Below the pieces are notes generated by a model. The model worked only from the letters and a program-made list of their open reading frames with translations, did no database searches and was not told where the DNA came from. From positions 480,001 to 544,000 of the forward strand of contig OZ242008.1 of NCBI GenBank assembly GCA_965204735.1: a DNA stretch of 64,000 bases. Reading direction: 5' to 3'. The position numbers and the translations under genes were made by a program. Of this stretch, positions 57,048-64,000 are shown piece by piece. Position 1 is the first letter of the stretch, and every line of letters starts with the position of its first letter. This stretch comes from Longimicrobiales bacterium. GTDB taxonomy: Bacteria > Gemmatimonadota > Gemmatimonadetes > Longimicrobiales > Gaopeijiaceae.

Positions 57048-57689
57048 ATGCATCTGCCCGCCCCTGGCCACGTGCCGGTTCTGCCCGGCTTGGAGCAAGT
57101 ACGATTGGCTCTGTTTTCCTCCGTCGGCCTCGCCGAAGCCGACGCCGAGTTCTTTGGCGAGCTTGTCGATGGTTCCGGCTCACTGCACAGCTCGGCGACC
57201 GAAGGCGCGCCACCCGGTACGGGCTTCGCAAGTTATCGGGGTTGGGCGGGTGTTCATCTTCACGGCAAGTCCGTGGTCGACGAACCGTGGGTCCACTACC
57301 GTCTGGAGTTGTCGAGCGAATTGCTCGACCAAGGCGTCGACGAGGAGTGGCCGACAGTGTGGCCGCAGATGGCCGAGGTTCTTGCAGAACACAGCGCGGT
57401 TTTGCGTTTCACATGTCGCACTAGGCGGGAAAAGGTATCTTCGATTGTGCAGCCGCTGCCGTTGCCCGACATAGAAGGATTCAGTCACATGAGCGGGTGC
57501 CGGTTTGCAAAAACGGAGGGAGACAGGCCCGATGGCGACGAGCTCTATTCGCTCTTGATCGACCACAGCGAGGACAAGGTCCTGATAAGTGGACGACTGG
57601 CAGCAGCAGTTGCATTGAGCGACTCGCTATTCGAAGAGCCGTGGAAGTTCATGAGGTCGATCATGGACCCTGTGCTGGAGTTCCAATGA
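57048..57689 (+). CDS. Hypothetical protein (first gene of the HEPN islet)
   Basis: Lower-GC ORF with ATGA overlap to the next gene; start uncertain. Confidence 0.55.
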   Translation: MHLPAPGHVPVLPGLEQVRLALFSSVGLAEADAEFFGELVDGSGSLHSSATEGAPPGTGFASYRGWAGVHLHGKSVVDEPWVHYRLELSSELLDQGVDEEWPTVWPQMAEVLAEHSAVLRFTCRTRREKVSSIVQPLPLPDIEGFSHMSGCRFAKTEGDRPDGDELYSLLIDHSEDKVLISGRLAAAVALSDSLFEEPWKFMRSIMDPVLEFQ

Positions 57690-58285
57690 TGCGCGACAGT
57701 GTGACGAGGGCATGCGAGTGGGAGGACCCCTGGGACCCTACAGTGGACTACGACGTCATGTGGGATGTTGCAGAGCGCGACGCGCACGTGGCCGATCGCG
57801 CACTCCCGCCGATGGGCTCCGCCCGGGCGGCGACCTTGGCTGTGGGACAGCACAGACTCGGCATGGCAGTCGCGCGGTGGATCGGGTGGCGGTCCGATTC
57901 GCCGTCGATTGCAGAGAACCGACGACTTGCCGACGAAATCGAGCGGCTCGGAGAGGAGCTCGACACGTTGCGGCGCCAAGCTCTGGGGTTGGGGCTTTCC
58001 CAGCCGCTGAGCGATGCGCGCCGGCAGGCGGTCGCAGCCTGCATCTCCGACGCGGTCGGGGATCACTTTGGCGACAGGATGCGAAGGCTGACTTGGTCTG
58101 TCGACACGGACCCCGCGAGTACGGCGACGCACGAACTCTCGGTCCATGTCGACCGATCTGGCTTGACCCCGGAGCAGTTTGCGGCAGGCGTGCAGTCGCT
58201 TCACCTCGCGCTTGTCCGCCACCTTGCGAACGACGAGTTGCATTCGGTCAGCATGGTAGTGGAACCCATGTCCGTTCAAGCCTAG
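57686..58285 (+). CDS. Hypothetical protein with coiled coil and alpha/beta C-terminal domain
   Basis: GGAG RBS; ATGA coupling; ends 15 nt before the HEPN gene. Confidence 0.6.
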   Translation: MMRDSVTRACEWEDPWDPTVDYDVMWDVAERDAHVADRALPPMGSARAATLAVGQHRLGMAVARWIGWRSDSPSIAENRRLADEIERLGEELDTLRRQALGLGLSQPLSDARRQAVAACISDAVGDHFGDRMRRLTWSVDTDPASTATHELSVHVDRSGLTPEQFAAGVQSLHLALVRHLANDELHSVSMVVEPMSVQA

Positions 58286-58300
58286 CACGACCGGGACGCT

Positions 58301-58720
58301 GTGGATCCATTGAGGTTTCTGGACGTGGCGCGGCACCTCGCCGGCGTTCCGAAGGCGGTGCCGAAGGAGGCTTCGTGCCGGAGTTCCGTGGGGCGAGCCT
58401 ACTACTCTGCCTTCGGGCATCTTCGCGACGTGCTGGAGTCGGCTGGGTTCTTGCTTCCGAAGACAGGTGAAGCACATGGAAGGCTCGTCGTCCTACTGAG
58501 AAGTTCGTCCCATGAGCGAGTCAGGTCGGCGGCCGGAGGGTTGCAAGATCTCAGAAGGCAGAGAAACTCCGCAGACTACGACGTGGGGGGCTCGCGCACA
58601 CCAAGCGAGCCGTTCGACCCGTTTCGCGCCGGGCTTGCCGTGTGCTTGGCCGCCGACATCATAGGCGTGATCGACGCCCATGCTGCTCGTGACCCCAGCT
58701 TGGGAATACCAAGGCAGTAG
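58301..58720 (+). CDS. HEPN-domain protein
   Basis: RSSVGRAYYSAF, conserved H, and LRRQRNSADYD. Confidence 0.85.
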   Translation: MDPLRFLDVARHLAGVPKAVPKEASCRSSVGRAYYSAFGHLRDVLESAGFLLPKTGEAHGRLVVLLRSSSHERVRSAAGGLQDLRRQRNSADYDVGGSRTPSEPFDPFRAGLAVCLAADIIGVIDAHAARDPSLGIPRQ

Positions 58721-58724
58721 CCCC

Positions 58725-59240
58725 ATGACCCGTCCACATTCGCACGAACCCACCTCCGCTCCGTCCGAACCCACGACCGTTCTCTTCGTCTGCTTGGGCA
58801 ACATATGCCGCTCGCCGCTGGCGGAAGGAGTGTTCGCCAGCATGGCCGAAGCCCGAGGAGTGGCCGACCGGTTCCGCGTCGATTCGGCTGGGACTGCCGG
58901 CTATCACGTGGGCGAGACGGCCGATCGTCGGTCGATCGCCGTGGCGGCCGCCCACGGGGTTCGGCTGACCGGAAGGGCCAGGCAGGTCTCCCGACGCGAC
59001 GTGAGGGAGCCGGGCGTGGTGGTGGCGATGGATCGGAGCAACCAGCGGTCGCTGGAGCGGTTGAAGGGAAGGCGCGGAGACGCCGAGATCGTCCTGATGC
59101 GCGACTACGACCCGGAGGTGGACTCTCCCGACGTGCCCGACCCCTACTACGGCGGACCCGACGGCTTCGAGGAGGTCTACCGCATCGTGGAGCGCTCCTG
59201 CAGGGAGCTGCTGGACGAGTTGGCCGCCCGCGACGGCTGA
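58725..59240 (+). CDS. Low molecular weight protein-tyrosine phosphatase
   Basis: CLGNICRS, DSAGT, DPYYG. Confidence 0.95.
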   Translation: MTRPHSHEPTSAPSEPTTVLFVCLGNICRSPLAEGVFASMAEARGVADRFRVDSAGTAGYHVGETADRRSIAVAAAHGVRLTGRARQVSRRDVREPGVVVAMDRSNQRSLERLKGRRGDAEIVLMRDYDPEVDSPDVPDPYYGGPDGFEEVYRIVERSCRELLDELAARDG

Positions 59241-59292
59241 TCAGGCCGGCAAAGCCGTTTCGAAAGACCGCGCCGACGCTGCCCACGACGCC

Positions 59293-60228
59293 ATGGACCG
59301 ATCCCTTGCCGCCAAGGCCCAGATCCGAGCCGTTGCCGCCGCGGCGTGCCGGGCTGCGGTCGCGCCCGACGCGAAGGTTCTGGACGTGCGCCCCGTCGGC
59401 GGCGGCTGCATCAATCAGTGCGCGGACGTGCGCACGACGGCAGGGCGGTACTTCCTCAAGGCGAACCCGAGGGCCGATCACGCCTTCTTCGAGGCGGAGG
59501 CCGACGGGCTGGCGGCGCTCTCCCGCTCGGGCGTGGCGAGAACGCCGTCGGTCGTGGGACGAAGCGGCAGGGACGGTCCTGCCGACGGGGCGCCTTGGCT
59601 GCTGCTGGAGTGGATCGAGGAAGGGAGCCGGGGCCGGGCCGACTGGGGTCGGCTGGGACGCGAGCTGGCGGCTCTTCACCGCCGCGGCGCCGCCGGGACG
59701 GAGTGGGGGTGGCACGCCGACAACGTGATCGGGTCGTTGCCCCAGCCCAACGGTCCCGCCGGGTCGTGGCCGCACTTCTGGTCCCGGCGCCGCGTCCTGC
59801 CCCTGGCCCGGGAGCTTCTCGCCGCCGACGCCCTCTCGCCCGACCACTTCCAGGCGATGGAGGAAGCCGCCCGCCGCCTCGACGACCTGATCGGCTCGGC
59901 CGCCGAAGCCGACGGCCCCTCCCTCCTCCACGGCGACCTCTGGTCCGGCAACGTGATCTTCGACCGGCGCGGCGCACCGGTCCTGGTGGACCCGGCGGCG
60001 TACGTCGGACACCGCGAAGTGGACCTTGCCATGACGCGGCTCTTCGGCGGCTTCCCGCCCGCCTTCTACCGCGCGTACGACGAGGCGTGGCCGCCCCTGC
60101 CGGGCCGCGACTCCCGGCTGCCCGCCTACCAGCTCTACCCGCTGCTGGTCCACGCCCGCCTCTTCGGCGGCGGCTACGTGTCGGCGGCGGTGCGCGCCGC
60201 AGAAGCCGTCGCGGCGGGTGCGGGCTGA
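59293..60228 (+). CDS. Fructosamine kinase family protein
   Basis: GGGCIN, FEAEADGL, LLHGDLWSGN, DPA, HREVDLAM, FGG. Confidence 0.93.
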   Translation: MDRSLAAKAQIRAVAAAACRAAVAPDAKVLDVRPVGGGCINQCADVRTTAGRYFLKANPRADHAFFEAEADGLAALSRSGVARTPSVVGRSGRDGPADGAPWLLLEWIEEGSRGRADWGRLGRELAALHRRGAAGTEWGWHADNVIGSLPQPNGPAGSWPHFWSRRRVLPLARELLAADALSPDHFQAMEEAARRLDDLIGSAAEADGPSLLHGDLWSGNVIFDRRGAPVLVDPAAYVGHREVDLAMTRLFGGFPPAFYRAYDEAWPPLPGRDSRLPAYQLYPLLVHARLFGGGYVSAAVRAAEAVAAGAG

Positions 60229-60265
60229 CAGCCGTCGAGGGGCGCCAGCGACCCGGCTGCCCGCG

Positions 60266-60946
60266 CTACCGCCTCACCGCCGCCGCCAGCCCGTCGCCCA
60301 CCGGCAGGATCGTCGCATCGTAGCGCGGGTCCGCGGCCAAGCGCTGGTTGAAGTCGTGGATCAGCGCGGCCCGCTCGTCGCCGCTGCTCTCGGGCGCCAG
60401 CACAAGCCCCTTCCAGAAGGCGTTGTCGGCCATGAGCAGCCCGCCGGGCCGCAGCAGCCGCGCCGCTTCTTCCAAGTAGGCCGCGTAGCGCTCCTTGTCG
60501 GCGTCCAGGAAGACGGCGTCGACGGAGCCGCCGGGACCGATCTCCGCCAACGTCTCGCCCGCGTCGCCCGCCCGCACCTCCACGCGCCCGGCAAGCCCGG
60601 CCGCTTCGACCGAGCGGCGCGCTTGCTCCGCCCGCGCGGGGTCGATCTCCAGCGTCGTCAGCCGCCCGTCGGGGGGCAGTGCGCGGCCGATCCACACGGC
60701 CGAGTACCCGGCAAGCGTTCCCACCTCCACCACGCGCTTCGCCCCGGCCGCTCGCAGCAGAAGCTGGACGGCCCTCGCCGTGGCCGGGGGGAGCTGGATG
60801 CGGGGCAGCCCCGCCGCGTCGGCCCGCCCGCGAATCTCACGCAAGCAGTCGTCCTCCCTTGCGAAGAGCTTCCGGACGTACGCGTCCAGCCCGTCGTGGT
60901 CCAGCGCGGAGGGCGACGGCGCCGCTGCCCCCGTCCCCTCAGCCAC
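60266..60946 (-). CDS. O-methyltransferase (Methyltransf_3/CCoAOMT-like)
   Basis: EVGTLAGYS, FLDADK, ADN, PVGDG. Confidence 0.93.
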   Translation of the reverse strand: MAEGTGAAAPSPSALDHDGLDAYVRKLFAREDDCLREIRGRADAAGLPRIQLPPATARAVQLLLRAAGAKRVVEVGTLAGYSAVWIGRALPPDGRLTTLEIDPARAEQARRSVEAAGLAGRVEVRAGDAGETLAEIGPGGSVDAVFLDADKERYAAYLEEAARLLRPGGLLMADNAFWKGLVLAPESSGDERAALIHDFNQRLAADPRYDATILPVGDGLAAAVRR

Positions 60947-62129
60947 CCAGGACCTTCGCCATGCGCCGCACGCCCTCCTCGATCTCCTCGTCCGACGAAG
61001 CGGTGCTCATGCGCGCGTACCGCTCGTCGCCGAACGCCACGCCGGGCACGATCGCCACGCCGGCCTCCTCGAGGATGCGCGTGCACACGTCGCTGGACGT
61101 CCTGACCTGGTCGTCGAAGACGCCGTCCACGCGGAAGTAGAGGTAGAAGGCGCCCTGGGGCATGACGTAGGGGCACCCCGGAAGCAGCTCGTCGAAGAGG
61201 CGCGCCACCAAGTCCCGCCGCCGCCGAAACGCCTCCAGCATGACCGCCTTGTCGGCCGCCCCGGCGTCGCCTCTGGCGAGCCCCTCGAGCGCCGCCACCT
61301 GCGACGGCGTGGCCGCGTTCAGCGACACGTGGCTCTGGAACGCCGACATCTTGCCTGCCAGCGCGGCGCTCGTGTAGGAAAAGCCGACGCGCCAGCCGGT
61401 CATCGCGAACGCCTTGGACATGCCGTTGGTCACCACCAAGTCGCCGACGGTCTCCGGGTCCAAGTCCAGCGCGCCGGGCGCCCGGTCGCCCTCGTCGCCG
61501 TAGTAGATCTCGCGGTAGATCTCGTCGCAGACGAGCGTCACGCCCCGCGACTTCGCCCACGCCGCCACCGCCGCCAGCGCGTCCTTGGAGTAGACGGCGC
61601 CCGTCGGGTTCGACGGCGTGGACAGGATCAAGCCCTTCGACGCGGGCGTGGCCACGGCGTCCAGGTCCTCCGGCGTCAGCAGGAAGTCCCGCTCCTCGGC
61701 GCCCCACGCCAGGACGGGCTCGGCCCGGGCCAGGGTTGCCATCTCCGGGTAGGAGGTCCAGTAGGGCGCCCCGATCAGCACCTCGTCGCCGGGTCCGAAG
61801 AGGCAGAAGCAGGCGTTGAAGAGGGACTGCTTGGCGCCGGCGGAGACGACGACCCGCCCAGGGTCCGCCGGGTACGCGGTGCCTTCGGTCATGTACGCGG
61901 CGGCGGCTTTCCGAAGCTGGGGCGTGCCGCCGGTGGGAGTGTAGCGTGTCTGGCCCTGGCGGATGCCTTCGACTGCTGCGTCGCAGATGCCCACCGGCGT
62001 AGGGAAGTCGGGCTCGCCGGCACTGAGGTTGACGATGTCCCGCCCTTCCGCGGTCAGCTTCTTGGCCAGCGTGCTGACGGCGATGGTGGCCGACGGCTGC
62101 AGCTTGGCGATGTTTTGGGAATAGCTCAT
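60939..62129 (-). CDS. PLP-dependent class I aminotransferase (aspartate aminotransferase-like)
   Basis: GEPDF, GAKQ, PSNPTG, DEIY, SKAFAMTGWRVG. Confidence 0.95.
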   Translation of the reverse strand: MSYSQNIAKLQPSATIAVSTLAKKLTAEGRDIVNLSAGEPDFPTPVGICDAAVEGIRQGQTRYTPTGGTPQLRKAAAAYMTEGTAYPADPGRVVVSAGAKQSLFNACFCLFGPGDEVLIGAPYWTSYPEMATLARAEPVLAWGAEERDFLLTPEDLDAVATPASKGLILSTPSNPTGAVYSKDALAAVAAWAKSRGVTLVCDEIYREIYYGDEGDRAPGALDLDPETVGDLVVTNGMSKAFAMTGWRVGFSYTSAALAGKMSAFQSHVSLNAATPSQVAALEGLARGDAGAADKAVMLEAFRRRRDLVARLFDELLPGCPYVMPQGAFYLYFRVDGVFDDQVRTSSDVCTRILEEAGVAIVPGVAFGDERYARMSTASSDEEIEEGVRRMAKVLGG

Positions 62130-62287
62130 TCGTGCGTATCCTCTTTGACGGGAGAGCGCGTGCGCCTGCCCCCGCCGCGACGACGAGGACCGTCGGAGAT
62201 TGCCTCCGATCGGCGGCGTTCGCAACCGGGGCGCCAAGCCAATGCGCCGCTCCCGTCGGAAGTCCTTGCTTGCAAGCTGGAGTCCCG

Positions 62288-62899
62288 TTGCTCTCCCAAG
62301 ACCCCATCTTCTTCTACGACTTCGTGGACCCGGCGTCGTACCTGGTCGGCCGCGTCTTGGACGACCTGGGGGCCGCGGAGGACGTGGAGTGGCGCGGGTT
62401 CGAAGTGCGCCCGCCGCCCCAGCCGATGATCGACCCCTGCGAGGGTCGATGGGCGGCCTACCAGGCGCGCATGATCGAACGCGCGGCGTCGATGGGCGTT
62501 TCCATGGCCGCGCCGGAGTTCGTGCCCTGGACCCGCAAGGCCCACGAGCTGGTCGAGCTTGCCGGCGAGAAGGGGAGTCGAGACGTCGTGCGACGGGCGC
62601 TCTTCCGCGCCCACTTCGTCGACCGGATCGACATCGGGCGCGTAGACTTGCTGGCCGGCGTGGCGGTCGAGGCGGGACTGGACGGCGGCGAAGCGCTGGC
62701 CGCGCTGGGCGTGGACCGACTGGCGGACGCGGTGGCGGCGTCGCGCGCCGCGGCCGAAGCGCGGGACGTGGCCGGGGTGCCCGTGCTGCTCTCCGGCGCC
62801 TGTCGGCTGGAAGGGCTGCGGTCCCGTAGCGAAGTTGCACGATGGCTGGAGGGCGTCGCGCCGGCGCGGAAACCGACCGGACCACAACCACGGACGTAG
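62288..62899 (+). CDS. DsbA/FrnE-like thioredoxin-fold protein lacking CxxC
   Basis: YDFVDPASY, WRGFE, TRKAH, GVP; TTG start after GGAG. Confidence 0.75.
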   Translation: MLSQDPIFFYDFVDPASYLVGRVLDDLGAAEDVEWRGFEVRPPPQPMIDPCEGRWAAYQARMIERAASMGVSMAAPEFVPWTRKAHELVELAGEKGSRDVVRRALFRAHFVDRIDIGRVDLLAGVAVEAGLDGGEALAALGVDRLADAVAASRAAAEARDVAGVPVLLSGACRLEGLRSRSEVARWLEGVAPARKPTGPQPRT

Positions 62900-62919
62900 A
62901 CAGGAGCAGGCCCACCCAA

Positions 62920-63222
62920 ATGGCAGGATACCAGCGAAAGACCGCCTTCGGACCCGACGAGGTGCTGGAGATGGCGGACACGCACCTTCCCGAGTTCATC
63001 GGCCTCAAGAAGTCGCGCCAGTCCTCCCACGGGGCGACCTACACGGGCGAAGAGGGGACCGTGGTGCTGTCGGTGCACCGCCACGGCCCGTACACGGAGG
63101 TCGTCGCCGAGACCGACCGGTTGCGGACTTCCCGGATCGACTACGAGATGCAGCGCTTCCTCAACGCGCTGCCGTACGAGCCCGGCGACGCCGGCGGACC
63201 AGGGTCCGGCGACCCTGTCTAG
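62920..63222 (+). CDS. Hypothetical protein, 100 aa
   Basis: AGGAG RBS; host-like codon bias. Confidence 0.75.
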   Translation: MAGYQRKTAFGPDEVLEMADTHLPEFIGLKKSRQSSHGATYTGEEGTVVLSVHRHGPYTEVVAETDRLRTSRIDYEMQRFLNALPYEPGDAGGPGSGDPV

Positions 63223-63253
63223 GGACCTCCCGGAGCCGGGCCGGCGCCTCCCG

Positions 63254-64000
63254 GTGGCAGGCGCCGAGACGTCGTTCGACGACCTTCCCCTTGGCCCCGA
63301 GACGGTCGCGGCCCTTGCCGCGGAGGGGATCGAGAGGCCGACCGCCTTCCAAGCGGCGGCGATCCCGGTGATCGCCCGCGGCCACGACCTGATCGGGCGC
63401 GCCGGACCGGGCAGCGGAGCGATGGTGGCCTACGGCGCGGCCCTGGTGGACCGGCTCGAGGGCGGCGCCGGCGCCCCCGCGTGCGTGGTGCTCTGCAGCG
63501 GCTCGAGGCAGGCCACCGAACTGGCCCGATCCTTCGCGCGCATCTGCGAAGGCGCCGGTCACCGGGTCGCGGCCCTGGCGGAGAGCTGGCGGCGGCCCGA
63601 GACGGCCGACTTCCTCTTCGTCCCGGCCGAGCGCTTCAAGGCCCTCTACGACGGCTCGGTGGAGACCGGGGGAGTCGAGGCGGTCGTCTTCCACGACGGG
63701 GACGGCGTGGTCGCGGCGGTGCCGGCCGACCGCCTCGAAGTCTTCCTCGCGAGCCTTCCCAAGGAGTGTCAGCGCGTCTTCTGCGGCTTGCCCTTCGGCC
63801 GGGAGCTGACTTCGCTGGCGCGCCGCTTTGCCCGACGCGCGGCCACGGTGCCCTCTGCGCGGGCCGCGCCGCCCGCGCCCTCGGACCGGGAGCTGCACTT
63901 GGCGGTGCTGGAGGGAAGCCGGGCGGAATCGGCGCTGGCGGTCGCGGTCCGCCTGCTGGAGGACGACTCCGCGCGGCACGTGCTGGTGTTCGCCGAATCG
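63254..64000 (+). CDS. DEAD-box helicase-like protein with degenerate motifs (3'-partial)
   Basis: Not in the ORF track because it runs off the window. FDDLPL..ERPTAFQ Q motif; Walker A reads GPGSGAM; motif II reads FHDGD. Confidence 0.7.
   Translation, partial: MAGAETSFDDLPLGPETVAALAAEGIERPTAFQAAAIPVIARGHDLIGRAGPGSGAMVAYGAALVDRLEGGAGAPACVVLCSGSRQATELARSFARICEGAGHRVAALAESWRRPETADFLFVPAERFKALYDGSVETGGVEAVVFHDGDGVVAAVPADRLEVFLASLPKECQRVFCGLPFGRELTSLARRFARRAATVPSARAAPPAPSDRELHLAVLEGSRAESALAVAVRLLEDDSARHVLVFAES

Overview
High-GC bacterial DNA; gene content suggests Gemmatimonadota, which is a low-confidence inference. The window has three parts. (1) 1-11051: the tail of a coupled operon (small GTPase, membrane-anchored TPR-like protein, divergent ~1070-aa SEDS/FtsW-RodA-like protein, class B-like PBP transpeptidase), followed by an S9 peptidase. 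(2) ~11180-53800: a ~42 kb defence island with no integrase or tRNA. Its minus-strand backbone is DISARM-related: SNF2 helicase, large N6-adenine methyltransferase, 2298-aa DUF1998/YprA-type helicase-nuclease, and RelE-like/UvrD helicase. Accessory modules sit between and next to these genes: ABC-TOPRIM nuclease, helicase+DUF2290, Hachiman-B-like helicase, HerA-NurA-methyltransferase, Fic-HTH, orphan MNT, SDH-type protease, ATPase+DUF3226-like pair, and IS21/IS1202/IS5 remnants. (3) 53840-64000: housekeeping genes with one small HEPN-containing islet. Two non-coding signals were found by eye: a ~57-bp element with three phased TGTCC boxes, present three times in the island, and three 41-89 bp diverged copies of resident gene segments at cassette junctions. 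No rRNA, tRNA or CRISPR array was seen. Family assignments come from motif recognition only; no searches were run.
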